Positions 1-9,797 are shown, numbered from the stretch's first letter. The stretch: 64,000 nt of DNA from Thermodesulfobacteriota bacterium (GCA_034189385.1 JAXHVD010000005.1:64001-128000), one strand, 5' to 3'. The notes: generated by a model not told the origin, from the sequence alone. Translations and numbers: made by a program.

Positions 1-5
1 CAGGC

Positions 6-1058
6 TTGATCTATTTGAAGGAAAAAGGTGCGAGAGCCCTTTTCCTTTTGTCTGTACTGCTCCCGTACTCGATGCAGTTTCGCACAGAATCCTTTCTCAT
101 TGTTCCCGTCGTCGGTTTTCTTGTTTTACTGCATGAAAGGGAGGCTCTGAGAGATTGGGATACATATATACTACTTGCCATCTCTTTTGTGCTCATAGCT
201 CCCCATATAGTGCAGCTCTACGCAGTAAGAGGAGAAAGTTGGGGGAGTAGCGGCCTAAGGATGAGCTTGGCCTATCTTTTCAACAACTTCAGAGTAAATT
301 CATTATTCTATATCAACAATGTAAAATTCCCGTTTCTTTACACCCTCCTTCTTGGTGTTGGCCTTTTATTGAAAGGAACGGTGAGAAAGAAGCTGTTCTT
401 GGTGACATGGCTTTTCCTGTTTTGGGGAATATTTCTTTTCTTCTATGCTGGGAGCTATGAATTTGGCCAAGATGTGCGGTTTTCTCTTGTTTCATACATG
501 CCATTATCTGTCCTAGCCGGCCTTGGCATCTTTAGATTGGAGAGGCTGTTGGAGCCAAAGGGTTTAACCAAGACATTCAGAATCGTGGTGGTGGCCGTCC
601 TTTGTCTTTCATTCACGAGCTTCTTGCCTCATGTACGGACTATTGGGGAAGAGGCCTGCCAGGCCCGGGCAGATCACAAGTATGCACGAGAGATGGCGAA
701 GCTCTTGCCAGAAGACTCCATGGTGTTGACCCATAACCCCAACATGTTCCTCCTCTGGGGAAAGAATGCTGCACAGGCCTCCATTGCCACGCACAATGCG
801 CCACTCATTGAACACTTTTTCAAAAGATATACAGGTGGGGTGTATTTCCATTTCAACTATTGGTGCAACACGGATAATGCAAGGGAGCGAGCGTTTTGCC
901 AGAATATCCTGGACAAGTATGGTCATGAAGCTGTTGCTAACTATGAGGAAGGAGGGTATACTTTTGCGCTATACCGGCTGAAGGGCAGATCAGTGCCCAC
1001 ACAGGAGAAAGCCGAAGAAAAGGATGTAACAGATGAGTTAGCGACACCAAAGCTGTAA
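6..1058 (+). CDS. Polytopic membrane protein, GT-C/glycosyltransferase family 39-like (probably 5'-truncated by window edge)
   Basis: Many hydrophobic helices followed by a soluble C-terminal domain; ORF is open at the window start. Confidence 0.5.
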   Translation: MIYLKEKGARALFLLSVLLPYSMQFRTESFLIVPVVGFLVLLHEREALRDWDTYILLAISFVLIAPHIVQLYAVRGESWGSSGLRMSLAYLFNNFRVNSLFYINNVKFPFLYTLLLGVGLLLKGTVRKKLFLVTWLFLFWGIFLFFYAGSYEFGQDVRFSLVSYMPLSVLAGLGIFRLERLLEPKGLTKTFRIVVVAVLCLSFTSFLPHVRTIGEEACQARADHKYAREMAKLLPEDSMVLTHNPNMFLLWGKNAAQASIATHNAPLIEHFFKRYTGGVYFHFNYWCNTDNARERAFCQNILDKYGHEAVANYEEGGYTFALYRLKGRSVPTQEKAEEKDVTDELATPKL

Positions 1059-1085
1059 TTTCTGCTACTGACCGTATGGAGAAAA

Positions 1086-1682
1086 ATGAAACCCAAGAGA
1101 TACGTTGTTTTGTTTCTGATTTTGGCCCTGTCATCCGTGGTGACTGGCTGCGCTGCCTTTAGAGAGGGGAGCATTTCCAGGGCCGGGATGCTGACTGAAA
1201 CCGCCATGAAGAAACACCCATCAATCGGTGTGCAGGTGAGTGGGGCAGTTATCTTGAATGGCAAGATATATCAATCCCACCCAAAAACCACAAAGAACTG
1301 GCGTGCCCAGACGATTAGGGCTTACGAAGAATCAGGCCTCTTTTCTCAAGTGGTGGAGAGTGCCGGCGACACAGACCTTCATGCGGAGGTGATGATAGTT
1401 GACAGAGGTGATCCGAATCGGTTTTTCTCCTTCATAACGGGTCTGACCTTATACATCATACCCAGCAAGGCGACTGATAAGTTCACTGTGAAGACAGCGA
1501 TCAGCGATGGGGATGGGAACATCCTTGAAGCATTCGAAAAGTCTGAGACAGTGACCCTTTGGCAGCACTTGTTTATGATTGTTGCTATGCCCTTTAATTG
1601 GCCTTCGTCAGTCGCAAAAGAAGCCCTGTATGATTTAAACCGTGCAACCATCAGCGACGCATATGCTCATGGGATATTGTAG
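1086..1682 (+). CDS. Putative lipoprotein
   Basis: Signal peptide MKPKRYVVLFLILALSSVVTGC ending in a lipobox Cys. Confidence 0.65.
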   Translation: MKPKRYVVLFLILALSSVVTGCAAFREGSISRAGMLTETAMKKHPSIGVQVSGAVILNGKIYQSHPKTTKNWRAQTIRAYEESGLFSQVVESAGDTDLHAEVMIVDRGDPNRFFSFITGLTLYIIPSKATDKFTVKTAISDGDGNILEAFEKSETVTLWQHLFMIVAMPFNWPSSVAKEALYDLNRATISDAYAHGIL

Positions 1683-1701
1683 GCTGAAAACAGTGCCTCA
1701 C

Positions 1702-3003
1702 CTAATGACTGTGCTCGTTATTTCCGACAGACAACTTATATGGTGAATCCCAGGCCATGGCCTCCAGACGCTGGATGCGCTCTGCAAGGGGTGGATGGGA
1801 ATAATAGAACCATGCATAAAGGGGGTGCGGATAGAGATTTGAAAGATTGTCACTGGCCAACCGCTTCAGGGCACTGATCAGGTCAGCAGGCTGCTTTAAC
1901 AATTGAGCGGCATAGGAATCAGCCTCTCTTTCAAACCGCCTGGAAATAGCAGCGCCTAAGGGCCCGAAGAATTGGCCCACAGCCTCCCAAAGCACGCCCA
2001 CAAGAAAAAGCCCTACATAGGAAACGCCGTGATCAAACCCAAATGTCTGGTACAGGGTGGGCCATGTCAGCAGCCTTGAAGCTGTGTAGAACAAAAGGAG
2101 TGAGACAAGGCTCACGAAGAACAGGTTTTTATGGAGGTGCCTTTTTTTCCAGTGTCCCACTTCATGGGCAAGAATAGCCACGATCTCATCGTGACTGTGG
2201 GAGGTAAGGAGGGTATCAAAGAGCACAATCCGCTTGGCCTTTCCCAAACCGGTGAAGTAGGCATTGGTGTGCCGACTGCGTTTGCCTGCGTCCATCTTAA
2301 AGACACCTTCGACTGCCAGGCCACCCCGCTCCATGGTCCGTTTTACCTGCTCTTCCAAGGCTTTGTCCTCCAGGGGAAGAAACTTGTTGAACCAAGGGGC
2401 AATGAGGGTCGGATAAAGGACAAGCAACAGGAGTTGAAAGCCGAAGAAGACCAACCAGGCCCAGAGCCACCAGAGGCTTCCGCCATGCTCCACGAGAAGG
2501 AGGACGGAGCCCAGCAAAATGCCGCCAATGATGGCGCCTACCACGACAGCCTTCAAAATGTCCGTAACCCATGTCTTGAACGTTGATGTGTTAAAGCCAT
2601 AGCGTTGTTCAATCACAAAAGTTTTATAGTAATTGAAAGGCAGGGAGAATACCCCTTGGACCACGGCAAGTGTGGCAAAGAAGATCATGGCGGAAGCAAG
2701 GACACCAAAGCCAAAGGTCTCCACCAGTTTGACAAACCAGGGAAGGAGACCGGAGAGAATAACAAAAAGAAAAAGGGCGCTGGTGATCCACGAGGTGAAT
2801 AGATCAAACTGCTCATTGTCAACGGTGTAGTCTGTTATGATCCTCAATTTGTCGCCATCGATGTAGCCCTTGAAAAGATCGGGCACCCTATGGCCATGGT
2901 GTTTAAAATGGCCCATATTCATCTTCGTCAAGACGGACTCAGTCGCCACGCCGGTCAAGAAAAGAACAAGATAGACTATGAGAAGTGGACTTATGGAGAT
3001 CAT
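1702..3003 (-). CDS. M48 family (Ste24-like) membrane zinc metallopeptidase
   Basis: HEVGH zinc motif, NAYFTG, SRRFEREAD, SHPPLAERI; multiple TM helices. Confidence 0.92.
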   Translation of the reverse strand: MISISPLLIVYLVLFLTGVATESVLTKMNMGHFKHHGHRVPDLFKGYIDGDKLRIITDYTVDNEQFDLFTSWITSALFLFVILSGLLPWFVKLVETFGFGVLASAMIFFATLAVVQGVFSLPFNYYKTFVIEQRYGFNTSTFKTWVTDILKAVVVGAIIGGILLGSVLLLVEHGGSLWWLWAWLVFFGFQLLLLVLYPTLIAPWFNKFLPLEDKALEEQVKRTMERGGLAVEGVFKMDAGKRSRHTNAYFTGLGKAKRIVLFDTLLTSHSHDEIVAILAHEVGHWKKRHLHKNLFFVSLVSLLLFYTASRLLTWPTLYQTFGFDHGVSYVGLFLVGVLWEAVGQFFGPLGAAISRRFEREADSYAAQLLKQPADLISALKRLASDNLSNLYPHPLYAWFYYSHPPLAERIQRLEAMAWDSPYKLSVGNNEHSH

Positions 3004-3818
3004 GTTTCGTTATTCCATACCTGTTTTTTACCTGCCCCTTTTCGGTGGCGTTTCGTGGCAGGGCGCTGGCGCAACAGGATATAGGTGGCCCCCGCACCCC
3101 CGTCGCATGCTCTGGCGCTGGTAAAAGCGATGACCCACTTCCGCCATGGGCCCGACGTGAGCCACTCCTTTACCTTGGCCTTTAAGACAGGCTCTTTAGG
3201 GGAAGAAAGGCCGCGGCCGTGAACGATCAGAACCGCCCTTTTTCCTGTGAGCAGGGCTTCCTTGAGAAAGCCCTCAAAGGCTTCGAGGGCCTCCTCCACC
3301 CCAAGGCCATGGAGGTCAAGGTGTTCCTGGATGGAGAAATCACCTTGATGCAATCGTTTAGCGATTTCAGGGCGTACGCCGTATCCCACGCCTTCCATGT
3401 ACTCTGCTGTGTCAGAGACAATAAAGCCCTCCCCATCTCTTATCAGATCCTCCAGCAAGGCTAGGGCTTCGGCTTCTGGATCCTTTTCTTCCATCTTCGG
3501 ACGGGCGGGCTGGAGTTCATGCAGGTGACTGGCCTCATGGACCATGGGTACAACGTCTGCCATGAGCTCTCGAAAAAGCTGTGCTTCCTCATCAGCATTC
3601 AACGGACTGTTATCTTCTTCTTTTGTTACAGGCTGTTCCTTGGGCTCAGAAACCACCGGAAAGGACTTTTCCTCAAGGAGGTCCTTGAGATTCTCAAAGG
3701 GTCTATAGGTGCCAGAGGCCTTAGAAGATTTCATGGATGCTTGTTCCAGCAAGGGGCCTGTGCCCACCGTCAGACTCCCTTCTCGGGTTGGAAGAGAAGG
3801 CCCCTGATGCTTTGACAA
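3000..3818 (-). CDS. Smr domain protein (true start may be ATG at 3734)
   Basis: LDLHG, VHGRG and GGAGATYILL Smr motifs. Confidence 0.88.
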   Translation of the reverse strand: MSKHQGPSLPTREGSLTVGTGPLLEQASMKSSKASGTYRPFENLKDLLEEKSFPVVSEPKEQPVTKEEDNSPLNADEEAQLFRELMADVVPMVHEASHLHELQPARPKMEEKDPEAEALALLEDLIRDGEGFIVSDTAEYMEGVGYGVRPEIAKRLHQGDFSIQEHLDLHGLGVEEALEAFEGFLKEALLTGKRAVLIVHGRGLSSPKEPVLKAKVKEWLTSGPWRKWVIAFTSARACDGGAGATYILLRQRPATKRHRKGAGKKQVWNNET

Positions 3819-3943
3819 GATATCCGAAAGATGCTAGAAAATGCAAGCCCAAGGGTGCAAGAAGAAGTGTTCTATGGTCTTCAGAAGACTTCTCGCTGCC
3901 ATCAACCCTATGACGGCAAGAGACAAAGATTTGGAGGCAGGAA

Positions 3944-4135
3944 ATGAAAGTCACCTGTGATCAATGCCAGTGCGACATGAAGATAACCTCTTCTTACAGG
4001 TACCATTGTCCAGAATGCAAAAACGAGATCGAGATGGCCTACGTTCAAGAGATGAACAAGAAGTACTGGGATGAACACAAAAAGAACATGGAGTGGGTGA
4101 AAATCAAGGGCACCGAGATCATCATGGTAGAATAG
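3944..4135 (+). CDS. Small zinc-ribbon protein
   Basis: CDQC and CPEC pairs; GGAGG RBS upstream. Confidence 0.6.
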   Translation: MKVTCDQCQCDMKITSSYRYHCPECKNEIEMAYVQEMNKKYWDEHKKNMEWVKIKGTEIIMVE

Positions 4136-4216
4136 CCAGCCGTTGGTTGTCCAGGAAGTGCCGATTTAGAGCGTTCTGGAGTGTGTGATTCCGTCTTGGG
4201 TCAAGCGTTACAGAGC

Positions 4217-4316
4217 GGAAAGCTCAAGGCTCAAAGCTGAAAGGCCAGGAAGTTCTTTTAAGAAAACCCCTTGATTGTTTTGCCCTTGAGCCTTCAGCTT
4301 GTGCCTTTCAGCTTCC
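4217..4316. repeat. Imperfect inverted repeat built from ~7-nt RGCTSAA units; possible bidirectional terminator
   Basis: aagctcaaggctcaaagctgaaaggc mirrored by ttgagccttcagcttgtgcctttcagctt between convergent genes. Confidence 0.55.
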
Positions 4317-4317
4317 T

Positions 4318-5235
4318 CTATCGTGTTTTATAGGCGAGAGACCGGAGTTTCTCGTAGCCAAAAAGCTCGTCTCTCACCATAGGGCTTTCCTTTAGTTCCA
4401 CTTCAAAGGCCTTCTCAAAAGCCCCTATCGCCGTCTCCTTGACCTGATCCCATGGCGGTCTCTTTCCTGTTTCCTGCTCTACAGACGTAAGTGGCTCTAC
4501 CACTTTGTCCCGCACCTCTGGTGGCACCCATACGATGCGCAAAAAGTCTCTGGTATCCAGGGGGGCCAAGAAGGTCAGGGCATTTACTAGCGCTATACCC
4601 TCAACCTCTGAGATGACGAAAGTGGCGATTTTGTCTCCCCGTACCCGAATGCTTCCCCGGTGCTTGTACCAGGCCTCTTTGACACCCAGATCCCTTACGA
4701 TTTCCAGCAAGACATGTCCGATCTTGTTGTAAGCCCCATCAATGTCATCCACGAGGTCCCCTGGGAGGATCAGTTGGATGAAAGCCGTGCTTTGTGGGTG
4801 GCCAAAGACCAGATTGCGCTCCCCAGTCAAGATGACCTGCTCCAAATCGGGTAGCTCCGGTCGAACCTCATTGATCATGGGGGCAAAGTTGGTCAAGGCA
4901 ACGAGGACTTTAGCACCAGAGTCCTTGAGGATGTGGAGGATCTCTCCGCCCTTGTAAAGGGTGTTGAAGGGCACGGCCACGGCCCCAAGTTTCAGCGTAC
5001 CTACCAAGGTGTACACAAACTCAGGGATGTTCGGAAGCATGATCGCCACCCTGTCCCCCTTTGCCACCCCCACCCCTTGGAGTCCGTTGGCCACGCGATT
5101 GGCCCTAAGGTTCAATTCCCCATAGGTGATGGGCTCTCCTTCAAACTGGAGAGCCACCGAGTCGGGACTGGACGAAGCCCATCTTTCAATGGACTGAACC
5201 AATCCTCGATTATTTTCGTTCAATTCTCCGCTCAT
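4318..5235 (-). CDS. Chimeric protein: acyl-CoA ligase N-terminal part fused to lipoate-protein ligase (LplA)-like C-half
   Basis: Residues to ~147 match the FadD N-terminus (TYGELNLRANRVANGL, GDRVAIMLPN, LGAVAVPFN); the rest resembles the LplA C-half (IRVRGDKIA, TSVEQETG). Confidence 0.75.
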   Translation of the reverse strand: MSGELNENNRGLVQSIERWASSSPDSVALQFEGEPITYGELNLRANRVANGLQGVGVAKGDRVAIMLPNIPEFVYTLVGTLKLGAVAVPFNTLYKGGEILHILKDSGAKVLVALTNFAPMINEVRPELPDLEQVILTGERNLVFGHPQSTAFIQLILPGDLVDDIDGAYNKIGHVLLEIVRDLGVKEAWYKHRGSIRVRGDKIATFVISEVEGIALVNALTFLAPLDTRDFLRIVWVPPEVRDKVVEPLTSVEQETGKRPPWDQVKETAIGAFEKAFEVELKESPMVRDELFGYEKLRSLAYKTR

Positions 5236-6634
5236 CCTGATAGTCTTCCGCAAGCTCCTTCTTAAGAACCTTCCCCGTCACACTCATGGGTAAGACCTTC
5301 CTAAAACAGATCTCATCGGGCACCTTGAAGCTTGACAGGGCCTCCTTGCAGTGGTCCATGACCTCTTTTGCTGTAAGCTCTCCCTTGGCTGTGACAAAGG
5401 CAACGATTTCCTCACGCTCCCCTTTTTTTCTGCCAATGACGGCGGCCTCCTTTATGGCCGGATGGCTCGACAGGACCTCTTCCACCTCCCTGGGGGAAAT
5501 GTTAAAACCTCCCTTAATGATGATTTCTTTCTTACGATCAGTAACATAGAAGTAGCCATCGTCATCCCGATATCCGATATCGCCGGTGAGAAACCAGCCC
5601 TCCCTAAAGGCCTCTTTCGTATCCTCTGGAAGACGGAAGTAGCCCGGCGTGACGCCATCTCCCCTTACTGCAATCTCTCCCTGCTTCCCCGAGGGAAGTC
5701 CTTTGCCGTCTGGGTCAAGGATATCCATTTCGAATCCGGGAAGGGGGAGGCCAATGGAGCCAGCCTTGCAGATGCCATCTGGAGGATTGGCGCAGCATGC
5801 TGCCACGGTTTCCGTCAAGCCATATCCCTCAAGCAGCTGAGCGCCCGAACAGTCCTCAAAGGTTTGGATCATCTCCTTGGGCAATGGGGCCGCCCCTGAC
5901 ACACAGATTCGGATGCTTCTAGGCAGCTGCACCTTTTTTCGTTCCAGGAGGGTGAGAAGATGGACATACATAGTGGGAATGGCGACCATGAGGGTGGGAT
6001 GATGATCCATAATAGTCTTCAGCAAGTTGGCGGGACTATACTGTGGAACAAGGATCACAGTGCCCCCGTGAATCAGACCCAGATGGAGCACATTTGAAAG
6101 GCCGAAAACATGAAAAAAAGGCAACACGCCGATCACCTTATCCTTGGGCGTGCAATCGAGCACATGTTCCGTAGACTTGCCTTCGGAAACAAAATTCTTG
6201 TGGGTCAACTGCACCCCCTTGGGCCGACCCGTTGTACCGGAAGTGTATAGGATGCAGGCCAGATCTTCCGGCTCAGTGGCAACGGAGACGAATGCGTCGT
6301 CTTCCTGTAACATCATTTCTTCAAAGTTGATGGTTTCTGCCGGCCGCAAGCTGGCTCTGCCAGACCTGGGTTGAAAGGCCACGTCCACGTCGTGCTCTGA
6401 TGCGGCCTGGAAATCCACTGCTACGTCCGCCCCTGCCAATATCCCTTTCTTAGAGAGGCCCTGAATGACAAGGGTGCCCCCTGAAGCCATGGATGAAAGG
6501 AGGTAGCGTCCGGCGATCTGGCCCTCTACAACAGCGCCTGGCAAGGCCATCACATCTGCTATGTCAGCTTGCGGCTTAAAGATAAGGCGCCACTGCTCTT
6601 TACGCTTTTTTCGAGAGAAAATCTTCCACTTCAT
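5210..6634 (-). CDS. Chimeric protein: LplA-like N-half fused to acyl-CoA ligase catalytic and C-terminal part
   Basis: YTSGTTGRPKG, GYGLTET, TGD and GKVLK adenylation motifs; the first ~100 aa (WRLI...VMAL...VDVAFQPRSGRA) resemble the LplA N-terminus rather than FadD. Confidence 0.8.
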   Translation of the reverse strand: MKWKIFSRKKRKEQWRLIFKPQADIADVMALPGAVVEGQIAGRYLLSSMASGGTLVIQGLSKKGILAGADVAVDFQAASEHDVDVAFQPRSGRASLRPAETINFEEMMLQEDDAFVSVATEPEDLACILYTSGTTGRPKGVQLTHKNFVSEGKSTEHVLDCTPKDKVIGVLPFFHVFGLSNVLHLGLIHGGTVILVPQYSPANLLKTIMDHHPTLMVAIPTMYVHLLTLLERKKVQLPRSIRICVSGAAPLPKEMIQTFEDCSGAQLLEGYGLTETVAACCANPPDGICKAGSIGLPLPGFEMDILDPDGKGLPSGKQGEIAVRGDGVTPGYFRLPEDTKEAFREGWFLTGDIGYRDDDGYFYVTDRKKEIIIKGGFNISPREVEEVLSSHPAIKEAAVIGRKKGEREEIVAFVTAKGELTAKEVMDHCKEALSSFKVPDEICFRKVLPMSVTGKVLKKELAEDYQDERRIERK

Positions 6635-8102
6635 CAAAAAACACCCGAATCACTTTTTCGCTGGGCCGGCTGGTGAGCAGGCTGATAACCACAAAGAGTA
6701 TGAGATTCACCAAAATGGTCGGAATGGCAGGCGGCAGGCCAAGCAGCAGCGGCTTGTGGATGAACCCTGCGACCAGATAGACAGATCCCGCAACCGTGCC
6801 TGCTAATGCCCCCTTCTTGGTGGCCCTTTTCCAGAGTATCCCCCCGACGAGAGCTGGCCCCCACTGCGCAAAACCAGGTATGGCAAGGTCGAGCAAGTAA
6901 CGGGCCAGTTCAACAGGGTACCAGAAGGCAATGCCCATGCTCATGAGGAGAATGGCAATGACCGACAGCTTCGTCGTTCTTATAAGGAACTGGTCCCTAC
7001 CCCTTGGAACGAAGACACCGTGGATAATGTCCCGGGCCACGATGATGCTGGCCGTCATGAGCTGGACTGCAGCCGTGGATATGGCTGCTGCAATGACTCC
7101 CATAAGCACAAAGGTTGAAAACCAGGGAGGCAGATAAGAGGTGACAATGGTCTGTACGATATTGTCTGCGGCCTTGCCTGACACCGGTGGCACGAGACTG
7201 CCTGGCATATGACTGATGGCTGGGGCTACCACAGCGCCCCAGATAAAAGGGATGGTGTAAAAGAGCATGCCTGCCACAATGAGGGCCAGGGCTGGCATCC
7301 ACTTGAATATGGTTTTGTCCTGGGCCGTCATGGTGCTGACAACGATGTGGGGCCAGGTAAAAGCCAATATTCCAAGCATGAACACAATACAGGTTACGTG
7401 GGGGAGGAATTTTTCCTGGGGGCCTGGTGTGAAGAGAAGGGCAGGTTGTTTTGCCTGAAGAATGGACACGGCTTCTGATAGCCCTCCAGGAAAGACCTTG
7501 ACGACGACAAAGACCAGAGATCCGAGAAAGGCAAGGGTGTAGAGGAGGCCAAGAATCACATTGACCCACGCCGTGATGCGCATGCCGCCCAGCAAAACGA
7601 TGAGAATGAGAAGCAAGGAGATATAGAGAATGCCCACAAAAGGAGGAAAGCCCAGCAGGGCTTTCAGTCCAAGGCCTACGCCCAGAGACTGATCAGCGAT
7701 GTAGGGCACAACAGAACCAAGGAGCACCAGGGATAGAAGAAGTCTTAAGGCAGGAGATTCGTACCTGGCGGAAAGGGCCTCAATGGGGGATAGAAACCGA
7801 TTTAATCGGCAAACGGCCCAAAGGCGCGGGCCGATAAACATGTATAAAACGACGAACCCTGCCACGCAGCCCCATATAAAATAGACGAACCCAGGCCCAT
7901 GGCGATAGAGGATGCTGGGATAGGCATAGAAGGTCCACACACTGGATATGGCAAAGAGGGCAAAGAAGAACATGACTGCAATGCCGATACCCCTGCCCGC
8001 GAGCATGTAGTCTTCTGCGGTCTTGGCCGAGACCTTGTATCCATAAACGGCCAAGAGCAAGACCAGCAATCCAAAGGCAGCCAAAATGAAGACCGTCATC
8101 AT
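6600..8102 (-). CDS. Sodium:solute symporter family protein
   Basis: EDYMLAGR, GGMR, AAAISTA motifs; ~13 TM helices. Confidence 0.9.
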   Translation of the reverse strand: MMTVFILAAFGLLVLLLAVYGYKVSAKTAEDYMLAGRGIGIAVMFFFALFAISSVWTFYAYPSILYRHGPGFVYFIWGCVAGFVVLYMFIGPRLWAVCRLNRFLSPIEALSARYESPALRLLLSLVLLGSVVPYIADQSLGVGLGLKALLGFPPFVGILYISLLLILIVLLGGMRITAWVNVILGLLYTLAFLGSLVFVVVKVFPGGLSEAVSILQAKQPALLFTPGPQEKFLPHVTCIVFMLGILAFTWPHIVVSTMTAQDKTIFKWMPALALIVAGMLFYTIPFIWGAVVAPAISHMPGSLVPPVSGKAADNIVQTIVTSYLPPWFSTFVLMGVIAAAISTAAVQLMTASIIVARDIIHGVFVPRGRDQFLIRTTKLSVIAILLMSMGIAFWYPVELARYLLDLAIPGFAQWGPALVGGILWKRATKKGALAGTVAGSVYLVAGFIHKPLLLGLPPAIPTILVNLILFVVISLLTSRPSEKVIRVFFDEVEDFLSKKA

Positions 8103-8141
8103 ACCTCCTCTTTCACCCTGAATCCCTGTCCGTCCTCAGAA

Positions 8142-8354
8142 TCAACGAAAGGGCCAATACTTAAAGAAATAAACCAGATATGCACAAAGCCAAATAAGCA
8201 GGAAAACGATGCCCGCTGCAAATGGCAGGCTAATCCACCCCATGACAATGATTGGTTTGGAGAACAAGGGGGTGACTGCTAAAAGCCCTGCGACATCCAG
8301 GAATAGAACCAGCAGGAAGATCCGACCTGCCCGGTGTGAAAAGGCCTCTCTCAC
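8142..8354 (-). CDS. Small 2-TM symporter-associated membrane protein
   Basis: Two hydrophobic helices immediately upstream of an SSS transporter; GGAGG-like RBS before the GTG start. Confidence 0.65.
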   Translation of the reverse strand: MREAFSHRAGRIFLLVLFLDVAGLLAVTPLFSKPIIVMGWISLPFAAGIVFLLIWLCAYLVYFFKYWPFR

Positions 8355-8642
8355 GTTGCCCTCCTTGACACACGAGATGCATGGGTTAGTTGCCCAAAGG
8401 ACGTTCGATTACATACTCTGGATGGGGGTCACATATCAAGCTAAAACCGTACACCAATGGGGCCGTGACCGAGCCCTTTTTCAGAGCCTTTGTTGGTAAG
8501 GTTTTGGGGCAGATATACTGGCAAAAAACATCTTCATGTCATGCCCCACAAAGAGATTCTTGGTTCGGAAGGTGGGGAAGAAAACAGATACTGACGGGCG
8601 TCGAGGGTGTCGGGCGGCGAGATCGCTTCACAGAAGGGCTTT

Positions 8643-9056
8643 TCAGAAAGCTGTCATTCTTGACGGTTTCTGGATGCCCCCAGCCACGTATGTTTGTACG
8701 ATGTTAAACAGATCCTTGAGATTGAAGGGCTTGGCCAAAAAAGAGTCCGCACCCAACTCCTTGGCGGACTTTTCATTAGAGGGGTCGGCTGACATGATAA
8801 TACATATCTTGCGTGGGTACTTCTTCTTTATTTTGGACAAAAGCTCAAATCCATTCATCTTGGGCATGTCTACGTCAGCTACTACAATGTCCGCCCTACC
8901 GTGACTGGCCAGATAGTTCCATGCTTCCACGCCATTCTCAAAGGACAAGACATTTCTGTTCACGCAATACATGAACACATTGACCACAAGCTCTCTAATG
9001 AGCTTATTGTCCTCAACCACAGCGATGGTGACATTCGGTATGATGGCCCACCTCAC
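8643..9056 (-). CDS. Stand-alone response regulator receiver protein
   Basis: VEDN, DVDMPKMNG, KPF receiver motifs. Confidence 0.9.
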   Translation of the reverse strand: MRWAIIPNVTIAVVEDNKLIRELVVNVFMYCVNRNVLSFENGVEAWNYLASHGRADIVVADVDMPKMNGFELLSKIKKKYPRKICIIMSADPSNEKSAKELGADSFLAKPFNLKDLFNIVQTYVAGGIQKPSRMTAF

Positions 9057-9550
9057 GCTACTTTCATGAACTTCATATCGTATGCCTGGCTGTCAAACGT
9101 GATGGCTTCACATATATAATTCAGATTATCCTCCAAGGCTTGCCGCCTGAATTCCCCCATGGGGTATCCCTCGGCAAAGGCCTTCGCCATCACGGCAAGT
9201 AGCTCGACTCTCAGGTGAAATACATGATCTTGATCCATCTCCTCCTTTGATTCAAGGCCTGCCATGTGCTCTTTAACATATTTGGCCACATGCTCAGCAT
9301 TTTCAATGACGGCTTCTTTTCTAAACTCGCCAAGAGGGTAGCCTTTCAGGTAACCCTTTGACATGATAATAAGTAGTTGTAATTTTGCCAGGGAAATGTC
9401 CTTTTCAGACATCTCCCCCATTTCTGCCGGACTCGACCCAAATCTCAGCATAATATGCCCCTTTGCTTGGAGGTCCTGAGCAAGACCAGCTACTGAGGCC
9501 CCATCTCTCAACATAATTGCGACACTATTCCTTAACCTATCGCTATTCAC
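9053..9550 (-). CDS. Hypothetical protein with an internal duplication
   Basis: Two copies of a ~35-aa unit containing GYP(L/M)GEFR; 4-nt overlap with the receiver gene. Confidence 0.7.
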   Translation of the reverse strand: MNSDRLRNSVAIMLRDGASVAGLAQDLQAKGHIMLRFGSSPAEMGEMSEKDISLAKLQLLIIMSKGYLKGYPLGEFRKEAVIENAEHVAKYVKEHMAGLESKEEMDQDHVFHLRVELLAVMAKAFAEGYPMGEFRRQALEDNLNYICEAITFDSQAYDMKFMKVA

Positions 9551-9797
9551 ATGTCAACAAGCTATTGGCTCGTGCCTCCAAAAAAATGTATTGAGGCGAC
9601 ATAGTTATGCGACTTTTTCGTGAGCCGGACAAGACCTAACATCGCAACCCCTTGTGTGTGCATGTGCCGGAGGGTCTCATATGGGGTGGAAAAAGCCTCT
9701 TGCTTTGCCGAGAGGCATTCTTTGCAGCGGAACGGAGGAGTTCGGTCCAAGGGACCCACTTGAGGGGAAAAAGCCTTCAACGGTTCCATGACGTCCC

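Noticed and set aside
5210..5253. Programmed frameshift fusing the two ligase chimeras
   Set aside because: Gene B has its own ATG and gene A ends after a complete C-terminal domain; no clear slippery site, so overlap coupling is simpler
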